Shown here one piece after another: positions 9,183 to 18,408 of a stretch of 38,144 bases of DNA. The notes beneath the pieces were generated by a model, which had not been told where the DNA came from, made no database searches, and was given only the letters and a program-made list of their open reading frames with translations. The number at the start of each line of letters is the position of its first letter. Within the stretch, counting starts at the first letter, position 1. Source of the DNA: a virus (Duplodnaviria > Caudoviricetes); the IMG/VR virus record IMGVR_UViG_3300049201_000010, positions 1-38,144 of that record, one strand, 5' to 3'. Position numbers and translations under genes: made by a program.

Positions 9183-10758
9183 CGAGAATTACCTACCCTA
9201 TGAGCTAAATAGATCAGGGAAAGACAATTTTCCGCTCATGTGGGCAGAGGCTATTGACAATTCCCCATCCGCTACATCCTGCCTTTCCACTGTACAAGAC
9301 TTCGTAGAAGGCTTTGGGTTCTCCGATCCATTGCTTGAAAAGAAGATTATAAACTCAAAAGGGGAGAACTTTTTTCAATTCCACCAGAAAGTCACGAAGG
9401 ACTGGACCCGATTTAAGGGTGTCTATGTACATGTTATGTATAACACCTTGGGGGAAATTACTGAAATTGATGTTTTGCCTTTTCAAAACTGCCGATTAGG
9501 GAAGCCAGACAGCAACGGATACATTTCTAAGATACATTATAACCCATTTTTCGGCACATCCGACTACAAAGGTTATGATAAAAAGATGACCACGGTATAC
9601 GATGTATACAACCCTAATGCGGTACGCTCCCAAATAGCCAATCAAAAGGATAAATACCGAGGACAGGTACTTTTTGTTGGTTTAACTAGTCCATTAAGCC
9701 CATACTATCCAATAAACGAGGCCTATTCCGCTGTCAAGTGGATGAAAATAGAGTCCGGCGTATCCGATTACCATGAAGACAACCTAAATAACGGGTTCCT
9801 ACAGCCGTTTATGTTGATCATGCGAGGAAATCCGAACGAGCCATCCACAAACCCCGACTACGCAAACCACAATGGGGATAATAAACCTGCTACGATTGCC
9901 CAGGAATTTGATGACGTGATAGCCAGCAATTTCATGGGGGCGAAGCGTGTTGGTAATATGTTGGTACAATGGGTATCCCAAGGAGAAGAAAAACCGGAAC
10001 CAATCGCCCTACCTGCCAATAATAACGGTGATTTGTTTATGACCCTAGATCAGCAGGCGATCAAAAAGATCACTATAGGCTGGAAAGTGCCCGCTATTCT
10101 AGCGAATATTAATGAAGGGGTATCCCTCGGTGGTGATGGTAACGCAGTCCGGGTAGCTGTAAAACTCATGCAGCAGCGTGTTAAGAAGGATCAGCGTGTA
10201 GAGACAGACCTTTACAGTAAGTTGTTAAGCAAGTTCGAAACCCCATACGTACAGGATATTACAATCGTTCCTTACAATCCATACCCTGAAATGGAAGTAT
10301 TGGATGATAAGATATGGGAGGCTATGACAACCGAAGAGCAGAGACAATGGATTAATGATAATACGGAGATTGAACTCATAGAGTCCACTACCGAACCTGC
10401 AGTTGTGGACCCCAGCCAAGATCCACAGCCAGTAGCAAGGATCACAAACCGTATTCCGGTGAGTTTCCCTGATAAAGTGCGGAACAATATTAAAAAAGCC
10501 TTGGAGTTCCAGGATAAAATGGGCTTAAAGTGTAGCAGCAAGGCGGGACGGGAGATGTCCCAACGAATTATCGAGAACCAGAGCATGGGATATAGGGAAT
10601 TAAAACGCATTTATTCCTATTTAAAGAAGAATGAACAGTTCTCAAATAGCCCTTTTAGTGAGGGATGCGCGGCAGTGAGTTATCAGGCATGGGGCGGATC
10701 TGAAATGGTGACCTTTTTAGAAAGCAAAATTAACGAAATCGAGGCATGGGTAAATTAA
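9118..10758 (+). CDS. Portal protein with extra C-terminal domain
   Basis: GKDNFP, NSPSAT.C, LPFQNCRLG, N.NNGF, I..GWKVP..L. Followed by the adaptor gene. Confidence 0.85.
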   Translation: MSWHFKIFNLFRQPAPRNAETNENYLPYELNRSGKDNFPLMWAEAIDNSPSATSCLSTVQDFVEGFGFSDPLLEKKIINSKGENFFQFHQKVTKDWTRFKGVYVHVMYNTLGEITEIDVLPFQNCRLGKPDSNGYISKIHYNPFFGTSDYKGYDKKMTTVYDVYNPNAVRSQIANQKDKYRGQVLFVGLTSPLSPYYPINEAYSAVKWMKIESGVSDYHEDNLNNGFLQPFMLIMRGNPNEPSTNPDYANHNGDNKPATIAQEFDDVIASNFMGAKRVGNMLVQWVSQGEEKPEPIALPANNNGDLFMTLDQQAIKKITIGWKVPAILANINEGVSLGGDGNAVRVAVKLMQQRVKKDQRVETDLYSKLLSKFETPYVQDITIVPYNPYPEMEVLDDKIWEAMTTEEQRQWINDNTEIELIESTTEPAVVDPSQDPQPVARITNRIPVSFPDKVRNNIKKALEFQDKMGLKCSSKAGREMSQRIIENQSMGYRELKRIYSYLKKNEQFSNSPFSEGCAAVSYQAWGGSEMVTFLESKINEIEAWVN

Positions 10759-11282
10759 ATAAGTTGATCACCTACGCATACTTGCGAGAAGAATGCGACA
10801 TCGATACCAACATTGACGATAAAGAGTTGGAACATAAGATTTATCGCGCCCAGGAGATGCTTAGAATGCTCATGGGAGACGAATTTTATCAGGATTTCCT
10901 GACGAATTACAAAAACAACACGCTTTCAGCCGCCTACACGTCATTGTACCCATACATTAAACAGTTTGTAGCTTGGGCAGCGCACGAAAATTGGATTATC
11001 AAAGCAAATTTTAAGATCACTAGGTCTGGAATCCGAGTCCATGAGGAAGAAAACAGCGTAGCGGCGACTGATCTGCAGATGTCCAATCTGATAAAAGACG
11101 CTAAGTATCAGACGCAGTACTATAAAAACCTGATGATTGGGTATTTGGACGGTAATAGTTCAAATTATCCTTTGTTTTCTGCCTATTGTCAGGAGGGAAC
11201 CACGGGGAATAGTTTTCACATCAGCGCAGTAAAGAATAAACATGGTGATTCGTGTGGTTGTACACGATGCCGCTGTCATTAA
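10746..11282 (+). CDS. Head-tail adaptor-like protein
   Basis: Helical 178-aa protein directly after the portal (I..AQ..LR..MG.EFY); Cys-rich tail. Confidence 0.6.
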   Translation: MGKLNKLITYAYLREECDIDTNIDDKELEHKIYRAQEMLRMLMGDEFYQDFLTNYKNNTLSAAYTSLYPYIKQFVAWAAHENWIIKANFKITRSGIRVHEEENSVAATDLQMSNLIKDAKYQTQYYKNLMIGYLDGNSSNYPLFSAYCQEGTTGNSFHISAVKNKHGDSCGCTRCRCH

Positions 11283-11291
11283 AATTAAAAT

Positions 11292-11630
11292 ATGGACAAT
11301 ACACATCTATTTGAGGGACTAGAATATCCGCTAACATTGTACAATACTCAACCTATAATTGATCTAGGATTTCAGTTTGTATACGATGACTGCGGGACGG
11401 AAACGGCATTTACTTTCCCTGGGTACGAAGCCTCTTACATGAGAGTATATAACGAAAGATTAGGGCGAGAGATTAAAGAATATTTGTTAACACGGTCCAG
11501 CAATATTTTGATTTTAAACACTCAGGACACAGACTTTGACGATGCTGGGGATTATTTCTACGAAGTTCTATATGTCGATTCTGGGGGTTATGAGTATGTT
11601 TTACGGTACGGAAAATTAACGGTGATATGA
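11292..11630 (+). CDS. Hypothetical virion protein (beta-rich)
   Basis: GDYFYEV...VLRYGKLTVI, an Ig/BppU-like ending; structural context. Confidence 0.5.
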   Translation: MDNTHLFEGLEYPLTLYNTQPIIDLGFQFVYDDCGTETAFTFPGYEASYMRVYNERLGREIKEYLLTRSSNILILNTQDTDFDDAGDYFYEVLYVDSGGYEYVLRYGKLTVI

Positions 11631-12304
11631 TTTTAAAGTCTTATATACAATATCGTGTTTCTTCAAGCGTCGATCCTGTGGACTCTACGGTTCATGTGGA
11701 TAATGTTACTATTTCAGGTGATGGATCTGAGTCAAGTCCACTGCAAATAAAAACGGGTTACTTAGGTACAGCAGCTTTAGAAGATACTAGTGCCTTTGAT
11801 GCTGCGGGGGCCGCCGACGCCGCTCAATCAGCAGCCAATAGTTATACCGATTCAGGGTTATCAGAGAAACAAAACACCTTAGTAAGCGGTACTAATATTA
11901 AGACCATCAATGGAACATCAGTTTTAGGATCTGGGGATTTAGAAATAGATGGATCGAAGGTTATTCAATTTGCAGCTTCTGACGAAACCACGCCATTAAC
12001 CACAGGGACGGGAAAGATTACGTTTAGGATGCCTTATGCGATGACCCTAACAGCCGTAAGAATTTCGCTTACAACTGCACAGACTTCAGGAAGCATTTTA
12101 ACTGTCGACATAAATGTAAACGGATCATCGATATTATCTACAAAACTTACTATCGACAACGGAGAAAAAACATCGGTAACGGCGGCCATACAGGCAGTAA
12201 TATCTAATGCCAACATCTCGGACGATGCAGAGGTTTCTTTGGATATAGATGGCCTAGGCGACGGAACAGCAGCAGGTTTAAAAGGAGCATTGATTGGCGA
12301 ATGA
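11627..12304 (+). CDS. Tail fibre or fibre adaptor protein
   Basis: KQNTLVSGTNIKTINGTSVLGSGDL fibre repeat and C-terminal ASDETT.LTTGT.K.TFRMPYAMTL domain. Confidence 0.7.
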   Translation: MILKSYIQYRVSSSVDPVDSTVHVDNVTISGDGSESSPLQIKTGYLGTAALEDTSAFDAAGAADAAQSAANSYTDSGLSEKQNTLVSGTNIKTINGTSVLGSGDLEIDGSKVIQFAASDETTPLTTGTGKITFRMPYAMTLTAVRISLTTAQTSGSILTVDINVNGSSILSTKLTIDNGEKTSVTAAIQAVISNANISDDAEVSLDIDGLGDGTAAGLKGALIGE

Positions 12305-14370
12305 TTATAAATCCATACATATTTGAGCAAGTTCCCGAGCCATTGAGCCATGAGGCTATCCTTGCGGAATTTGTAAAGCACAATGGTACTGTGCAAGACA
12401 TTTCGGGCGAAGATGGAAGTAGAAACCCACGAAATCTTTTCGCGGTTAATACCGATCCGGCGTCTCATACCGTCACCTATCCAAAGGGAACAGGTGGACA
12501 AGATTTAGGCTTCGGGGCATCGTCTACCTTCACGATCTGTATCCGCTTTAAAAGCGCCCTTTCTGGCGCTGAGAATGTTATATTCTCAAACGAAGACTGG
12601 GCAGCATCCTACAAAGGTATTCGGCTCGATCATTCGTCCTCAGGCTCATTGCGAGTTGAGTTCTTCACAGCGCTAAGCGTGACTTCTCTTCGTGGCCGTG
12701 TTGGTACCTATCGGGATGTGAACGGTGATGCGGTCGTGACGACAAACCAGAACAGTCTAAACAATGGTTCATGGCATTTCATAGCTATAACTTTCAATGG
12801 TACGCATGCACAGAGCGCGTTAAGGATGTATGTCGATAAGACGTTATCCGATTCAAGCAACAACATTGTCAACACTACAGGTGATATAGTTTCTCTGAGA
12901 GATTGGAAGGCCGGAGGTAGACCAAATGCCGCCAGTGAAACCAACAACATGACGTTTGCAGAAATCATTTTCTATAACGTCGTTAAAACTCATCAGGAGC
13001 TTATTGAAATCGAGGACGGTAAAATAGACACCACAGGATTACTACGTTACTACAAACACGAAGAAGAGGCCGGAGCAACAATTTACAACCACTATGTAAC
13101 GGATTATGGTAACCCCTATCACGGGACGATTACCGGCGCAAGCCCTGCAACCTTGCGCGTTTCAATGGGAAGCGGAAGCAAGACAAGATCCTTTGCAAAC
13201 AAGTACGGGTTTACATTGTCAGGTTCAACCGTTATACCTGTTAATCTTGCGGACACGACAAAGGATGTAGCCAACGCTACTCCCACATATTCCGGTAAAG
13301 TGAAATACCCCGTTAGCGACATTGTAATGTCTCCCCTTTCGTTCAAGCCAAATCCTAACGGGTACGATGAGCTTAACGAACTTGGACTCACTTCAAGCAC
13401 AACCATAACAGATGCGAGTACGGTATTTCTTAATACAGAAAACCATAATCCGCTATTCAAAGATAGAGTAAATAAAAAGTTCCTTGCCTTCTATCGGCCA
13501 CTGAGATTGTTCACAGGAACAGCAGCAACGGGAGCGTATAATGCGGCCCTCAGTGAAATGGCCTCTGTGTTGACGCATCTCGATATTCGAACATACTTGA
13601 TAGTTCAGTCTGGTCAAAGCAACGCAGTAGGAACTAACACCTTAACCGAAGGCGATTTTGTAAACTCTGCCTACAGGAACAAACTTAGCTACGGATTTAT
13701 TGCGAATAATGCTGACGGGATTGCGACCCAGGTAATAACTAAGTTCAATCTTTACGACGCTGACGCCCTACCTACAGCTGTCAGTGGTCGCGGTTCATTG
13801 ATTGGTCCCGATGCCTCGATGATGGGTGATATTGTGGCAGCGGATAAAACAGTATTTCTTTTCAAATATGCTGTCGGTTCGACTTCACTACTTCCATCTG
13901 TTCTAAACTACTGGCACCCGACGGATAACAGCGGTGCTGGGACAATGCTTTATCCTTTTTTAAGGGATGGTATTTTAGCCGCAATTGCCTTTCTAAATGC
14001 CAGGGGCCGAACAAACATTGAAGTCATATTCATGTGGGATCAAGGCGAGGCAAATAGAAGTTCTGCACAGGGCGTTTATCAAGCTGCTCTTGAAGCATTG
14101 GACACAGCTTTAAAGGCTGACATACCAGAATACAACGGAAGGTTTGTTTTGCGCCGTGGTCACATAGATTACTTCGGATTAGTCGGAGGAACTTCCAATG
14201 GAGTTCGATTAGCACAAGACGCTTTCGCAGCCGCCGATCCTGGGCTAAGAATAAGTTATAACTCCGACGATTGTGCTTCGTGGGATACTGACGATGTGCA
14301 TTTAACTATACCCGGCCAGGAGCTATCGGGACAAAGAGCCGCAGCAGCAATATTGACACTTATGAATTAA
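12301..14370 (+). CDS. Receptor-binding/tail protein: LamG-like lectin domain + SGNH (sialate O-acetylesterase-like) domain
   Basis: NNGSWHFIAITFNG...MYVD (LamG); GQSNA, WDQGEAN and DDVH (SGNH/SASA blocks). Confidence 0.82.
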   Translation: MIINPYIFEQVPEPLSHEAILAEFVKHNGTVQDISGEDGSRNPRNLFAVNTDPASHTVTYPKGTGGQDLGFGASSTFTICIRFKSALSGAENVIFSNEDWAASYKGIRLDHSSSGSLRVEFFTALSVTSLRGRVGTYRDVNGDAVVTTNQNSLNNGSWHFIAITFNGTHAQSALRMYVDKTLSDSSNNIVNTTGDIVSLRDWKAGGRPNAASETNNMTFAEIIFYNVVKTHQELIEIEDGKIDTTGLLRYYKHEEEAGATIYNHYVTDYGNPYHGTITGASPATLRVSMGSGSKTRSFANKYGFTLSGSTVIPVNLADTTKDVANATPTYSGKVKYPVSDIVMSPLSFKPNPNGYDELNELGLTSSTTITDASTVFLNTENHNPLFKDRVNKKFLAFYRPLRLFTGTAATGAYNAALSEMASVLTHLDIRTYLIVQSGQSNAVGTNTLTEGDFVNSAYRNKLSYGFIANNADGIATQVITKFNLYDADALPTAVSGRGSLIGPDASMMGDIVAADKTVFLFKYAVGSTSLLPSVLNYWHPTDNSGAGTMLYPFLRDGILAAIAFLNARGRTNIEVIFMWDQGEANRSSAQGVYQAALEALDTALKADIPEYNGRFVLRRGHIDYFGLVGGTSNGVRLAQDAFAAADPGLRISYNSDDCASWDTDDVHLTIPGQELSGQRAAAAILTLMN

Positions 14371-14377
14371 AAAGAAT

Positions 14378-15151
14378 ATGAAACGATTCATCACACTAAT
14401 ACTTACCCTTCTCATCTGCTTTGCCTCACTGGCACAGATGATCCGTACCGAAAAGGTATATAAGGACATGCGATATCTGGAATTTATGCCTAAGAAATGG
14501 AACGGGCATGTAATTCTATTCCTTCACGGCCTTGGAGAAAGAGGATCAGATATTACCCTCATTGAAAAACTTCCTATTCCTAAACTCTTTAAGAGCGGAT
14601 TCGAAACGGAATATATCGTTATCGCTCCGCAATTACCGACCAGTATCGGGAGTTGGGGTAGGAACCAAATTGCCATATTAAAAGAAGTTGTAGACTCTTA
14701 CCGAGGCGTCCCGCACATCACCGGATTATCACTCGGAGGTATCGGCACATTATCCGCACTTCGATATTACCCTGGTTACTGGAAAACAGCGGGGGTAGTT
14801 TGTGGGAAAGCTGATGCAACGGCGGACCTGTCCTATATTGTGCCCACACGATTACGCGCCTGGCATGGTACGGCAGACAAGACGGTAACTATATCTTCCA
14901 TTCGGCAGATCGTCCCAAAGGTGAACGAACTAGGAGGGAAAGCCGACCTTATAGAATATTTCAACGTCACCCATAACGCATGGGATCGGGCATACTCTAC
15001 GACTGATCCGGAGTCTTACTGGGCATGGATGGACCAGGTTAGCGGGGCTAAGCTTCCGGACATGGTAGTAACTCAGTACGTGCTGAATAACATTCTTTAC
15101 TTCATCACAGAAAGCGGGAAGCGGTATCAATTTCCAGTGCAACAAAATTAA
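14378..15151 (+). CDS. Secreted alpha/beta hydrolase (esterase/peptidase-like)
   Basis: Signal peptide MKRFITLILTLLICFASLA-Q, FLHGLGERG, GLSLGG nucleophile, HGTAD.TV, HNAW. Confidence 0.85.
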   Translation: MKRFITLILTLLICFASLAQMIRTEKVYKDMRYLEFMPKKWNGHVILFLHGLGERGSDITLIEKLPIPKLFKSGFETEYIVIAPQLPTSIGSWGRNQIAILKEVVDSYRGVPHITGLSLGGIGTLSALRYYPGYWKTAGVVCGKADATADLSYIVPTRLRAWHGTADKTVTISSIRQIVPKVNELGGKADLIEYFNVTHNAWDRAYSTTDPESYWAWMDQVSGAKLPDMVVTQYVLNNILYFITESGKRYQFPVQQN

Positions 15152-15157
15152 AATAAT

Positions 15158-15382
15158 ATGGAAAGATTCTTTAAAATAGTCGGTGATCGAATAATGAAGC
15201 ACTGGCTAACAACATTAAAGGGTATCGTATACGCTGTAATCCTCTTTATGTACTACGAAGGTAAGATAACCACACAAGATTGGATTTTGGCCACAGGATC
15301 GATACTTGTGATTAATTCTATCTTCATCCAGAAGGATCCAGGCAAGACCGCAAACAAAGTGGACGACCCCACTATACCTTAA
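15158..15382 (+). CDS. Putative holin
   Basis: Two TM helices, KHWLTTL.G and ..KDP motifs; lysis region. Confidence 0.6.
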   Translation: MERFFKIVGDRIMKHWLTTLKGIVYAVILFMYYEGKITTQDWILATGSILVINSIFIQKDPGKTANKVDDPTIP

Positions 15383-15471
15383 TAATCAGGGGAACCTTAC
15401 TATTGTAAGTTGTAGCGAATAGCCGTATCTTAACCGTGGGAGTTTAATAGTAAATTTAACTGTTAAAACTT

Positions 15472-15687
15472 ATGGTTGTGTTTATCGGATTCCTAATTTT
15501 TATTGCGGTTATACTCACCCGGCTTACTTACAAAGTAAACTCCCAGGCGCACAAAATTCAACGCATAAACCTTGAAAAAGAGGAACTTATAATTGAAATT
15601 GCATTGCTTAAAGCAAAACTAAATGGCCAAGAAATCGAAACAACCGAAGGACAAGCCGAAAAAGCCGTACGTGTCTACTCAGACTGA
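15472..15687 (+). CDS. Single-TM coiled-coil protein
   Basis: N-terminal TM helix then heptad pattern. Confidence 0.55.
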   Translation: MVVFIGFLIFIAVILTRLTYKVNSQAHKIQRINLEKEELIIEIALLKAKLNGQEIETTEGQAEKAVRVYSD

Positions 15688-15727
15688 GGAAAACCCTAAG
15701 CCGCCGCCAAAGCCACCAGGTCCGTGA
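15623..15727 (+). CDS. 34-aa Lys/Pro-rich peptide (not in ORF track)
   Basis: MAKKSKQPKDKPKKPYVSTQTEENPKPPPKPPGP. Its TGA overlaps the GTG of the next gene (GTGA). Confidence 0.5.
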   Translation: MAKKSKQPKDKPKKPYVSTQTEENPKPPPKPPGP

Positions 15728-16110
15728 GTGCTAGAAATGCAATGGTTTTGATATTTGCTGCGCTTCTTATACGTGAGGCGTGGCTTTTATTACGTTTATT
15801 CCTTCCTAATTCTGAAGCAGAGATACAACCCTTCCTTTATTCCACGATTTCTATATCGTGGGAATCTTACCTTTACTTTGCTTGCTTCTATGTGTCCATG
15901 ATGTTGATTGCATGGGCCTTTCTATGCGTTATACCGGAATATCATACTATCTTGACGGTATGGTTTTTTTTACAAGGGATTGAACTCTTCGACTACTTCC
16001 TTACATACAATACTCCCTGGTTTTATATTGGTATATTAGGGGTAAGTATTACGCTTATTAAGTTCATTATTCTTGGATTCTTAATACTAAACGAATGGAC
16101 CAAACGGTAA
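15724..16110 (+). CDS. Multi-pass membrane protein (about 4 TM)
   Basis: Hydrophobic profile; ELFDYFLTYN.PW motif. Confidence 0.7.
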   Translation: MSARNAMVLIFAALLIREAWLLLRLFLPNSEAEIQPFLYSTISISWESYLYFACFYVSMMLIAWAFLCVIPEYHTILTVWFFLQGIELFDYFLTYNTPWFYIGILGVSITLIKFIILGFLILNEWTKR

Positions 16111-16352
16111 CCATACCATACTACGTAATTGCGGTGGTAATCTTTGTGATTTTTCCTTGGATCATATTTCTACATAAAAAATATACCGAAAACTCTGAAG
16201 CCATTGCAGTTATGGAAAGTAACCTACAAAACATAAAAGATGACATTCATGAACTTTCAGAGCGCATGGAACTAAGGATTGAAAAATTAGAATCCAAGAT
16301 TGATAAAATTTATAACTTGCTATACGAGCAACGAGGACGGCGTAATAATTAG
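16095..16352 (+). CDS. TM + coiled-coil protein (holin/antiholin-like)
   Basis: One TM helix followed by a coiled coil, directly before the endolysin candidate. Confidence 0.55.
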   Translation: MDQTVTIPYYVIAVVIFVIFPWIIFLHKKYTENSEAIAVMESNLQNIKDDIHELSERMELRIEKLESKIDKIYNLLYEQRGRRNN

Positions 16353-16358
16353 CGAGAT

Positions 16359-16778
16359 ATGCATATAGAACTTAAACGCTGGTACAGGCCACTGGCAACC
16401 TACGGTAATGGCTACGTCATAAACGACGTTAATAAGTCTATATTTGACTTTAAAACGCTTGAATTGCCTTGGAAAGATAACCGTCGCGGCGTGTCTTGTA
16501 TTCCTGAGGGCGAATATGATGTTGTGAAGGACGGGCCGACAGTCCATCGGCCATACATATACTTTCGAGTGTTGAATGTTCCTGGTAGGTCCGGCATTCT
16601 ATGGCACCCGGGAACTTATACTTCCCATATAAAAGGGTGTATCTTACCAGGTGAACGGCTTTTACATATCGATGAGGACGGCGTATTGGATGTTGCGAAC
16701 ACCAAGATAACCCTTAAAAAGCTGGTGGACCTTCTGCCGGACAAGTTCAAATTAAGAATCTCCAAAGGAGGGGATTAA
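16359..16778 (+). CDS. Putative endolysin (DUF5675 family)
   Basis: TLELPWKDN..SCIPEG.Y, VPGRSGIL.H.G, KGCILPG. Confidence 0.8.
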   Translation: MHIELKRWYRPLATYGNGYVINDVNKSIFDFKTLELPWKDNRRGVSCIPEGEYDVVKDGPTVHRPYIYFRVLNVPGRSGILWHPGTYTSHIKGCILPGERLLHIDEDGVLDVANTKITLKKLVDLLPDKFKLRISKGGD

Positions 16779-16785
16779 AAAATCT

Positions 16786-17217
16786 ATGAATTATCCCACC
16801 TTGATCTTATTTATCATCCTTATGACTGGATGCTCTGCCAGATGGCATTTAAAACGCGCCCAGCATCACATTAACAAAGCTGAACAAAAAGGTGCCTCTA
16901 TTGACTCGGATACCGTATACATTGAAAAAGAGGTATTTGTACCAGAAATTAAAACCGATACCGTTTTCGAGTCACAGCCAGGGGATACCGTGACGATTGA
17001 AAAGGAAAAACTCACCATAAAGTACGTGAAACTTCCGGGTGACAAGGTTTACATCGACGTAAAATAAAAACGCGACACGGTAATAGTAAAAGTCCCTCAC
17101 CAAGTAGTTACAAATATAGAAGCCCCGCCGTGTCCGTACCGATGGTGGCATATTTTAATAGGCTTCCTTATCGGATTGGTCGTCGGAGTACTATTCGGAA
17201 AGATATTCCTACGATAA
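16786..17217 (+). pseudogene. Unimolecular spanin-like lipoprotein interrupted by in-frame TAA at 17065-17067
   Basis: Lipobox LMTGC. After the TAA the same frame continues KRDTVIVK...RWWHILIGFLIGLVVGVLFGKIFLR* (C-terminal TM) and ends 1 nt from the convergent gene. Confidence 0.7.
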
Positions 17218-17218
17218 T

Positions 17219-17545
17219 TTACGCAGGAGGATTACTTTCTATGGGTGTATCTGGATTAGTGGGTTCTGTAGGCTGTTCTGGCGTCTTGGAGGCAATGTCG
17301 CGAAGTCTGGTAGATATACCTGAAAGTTGATTAAGAACGTCCTGTTGGTCTGATTCTGACATTCCGGAACCTATTTGGGATGAAAGCCGGTCAATATCGG
17401 CGGCGATGTTGTTGGTAGCTTCGTTTATTTGGTCGAAAGCGGCCTGAAATTCTTGTTTGGTTGGCATATTATTAAGTTTTTTAAGTACCTCATTCAATAA
17501 TTTTAGGCTGTGCTGGTCGTAGAATGTAAAATTGATCAGTGCCAT
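17219..17545 (-). CDS. Hypothetical coiled-coil protein with Pro-rich tail
   Basis: Helical heptads; PEQPTEPTNPDTP tail. Possible internal start MPTKQEF. Confidence 0.7.
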   Translation of the reverse strand: MALINFTFYDQHSLKLLNEVLKKLNNMPTKQEFQAAFDQINEATNNIAADIDRLSSQIGSGMSESDQQDVLNQLSGISTRLRDIASKTPEQPTEPTNPDTPIESNPPA

Positions 17546-17607
17546 GCCACGGAATGGAAAAAATCAGTGCCCTGCCGTTAGGTATATCTCGTTGTCTTTG
17601 GGGTGGC

Positions 17608-17751
17608 TCATTTCTTCTTAGCTCTATGGTCAGCAATCAATTTATCCACTTTAGGAAGCAGGGAAACTGGGATACGCCTTACTTCCGTGGGTTCTCTTTT
17701 CTTTCGTCCTGAGTTTTTGCGCTTTCCGCCGTGGGTTGTTTCTTTTCTCAT
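17608..17751 (-). CDS. Small basic DNA-binding protein
   Basis: HGGKRKNSGRK motif followed by RRIPVSLL (RHH-like). Start chosen by ATGA coupling. Confidence 0.65.
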   Translation of the reverse strand: MRKETTHGGKRKNSGRKKREPTEVRRIPVSLLPKVDKLIADHRAKKK

Positions 17752-17834
17752 AGAAATGGCAACATTACAATGATGAAAATAATGATCATCACTGCCCAAA
17801 ATACGTAAAAATTCCAATCTGTTTGCCACTTCAT
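17748..17834 (-). CDS. 28-aa membrane peptide (not in track)
   Basis: MKWQTDWNFYVFWAVMIIIFIIVMLPFL; ATGA overlaps at both ends. Confidence 0.55.
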   Translation of the reverse strand: MKWQTDWNFYVFWAVMIIIFIIVMLPFL

Positions 17835-18166
17835 AATTTCTTGGAGGCCCGCTTCAAGGCGAGGAAGTCAGATTTTGTGCATCTATATATAAAGTTTCCG
17901 CGATCTTCATAGTAGCCAGTCTCCTTATCGTATTGCATTGCGTCCACCACGCGCGAGAGAGCGTCACTTGCTACGTAATTCTCCATGACGGTAAACTTGA
18001 ATCTGTATTCCGGTTTATCCATCATATACAATAAGGCATGTCGTATTCCTTCAACAAAATCACCAGTTTCAATAATGTTGCCGTTGCCAGCATGTGCCCA
18101 CTTTACAATCTCCTTTACCTCTTCTTCAGGTACGGTGGTAAGGTGTTCAAGTATTGGTTTTTTCAT
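17831..18166 (-). CDS. Hypothetical protein
   Basis: ORF fits the tight - strand gene packing. Confidence 0.65.
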   Translation of the reverse strand: MKKPILEHLTTVPEEEVKEIVKWAHAGNGNIIETGDFVEGIRHALLYMMDKPEYRFKFTVMENYVASDALSRVVDAMQYDKETGYYEDRGNFIYRCTKSDFLALKRASKKL

Positions 18167-18168
18167 AA

Positions 18169-18408
18169 CTACTTTTCGTATAAATGAGTATTCAATACAT
18201 GCATAACTGACTTAGCCTTCCGGTTAAATTCCTCTTCGGTGATTTGCATGATTGGCGTATGGTGTTGAGTATACTCAAAACAAATATCATCCCACATCCA
18301 AGGAGATATAATATTCATTAACGCATTCTCAGGATAAACATGTAAAACGTACTCACTATTGAGCCGTTTATACATGTGCCCATCTTTGGTTTTATAAAAA
18401 GTTATCAT
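18169..18408 (-). CDS. Hypothetical protein (MITFYKTK...)
   Basis: Start refined to the coupled ATG; ITEEEFN motif. Confidence 0.6.
   Translation of the reverse strand: MITFYKTKDGHMYKRLNSEYVLHVYPENALMNIISPWMWDDICFEYTQHHTPIMQITEEEFNRKAKSVMHVLNTHLYEK

Noticed and set aside
109-14215. Antisense and alternate-frame ORFs in the track (e.g. 1421..1831, 2194..2667, 12034..12501)
   Set aside because: Shadows of well-supported + strand genes with no motifs of their own.
17065-17067. Genome-wide stop codon reassignment or a suppressor tRNA
   Set aside because: TAA, TAG and TGA all end well-packed genes, long genes are intact in code 11, and the tRNA-like RNA has no anticodon loop.
17130-17330. 66-aa + strand ORF as a separate spanin subunit
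   Set aside because: Overlaps the convergent gene; the TM segment belongs to the spanin frame instead.
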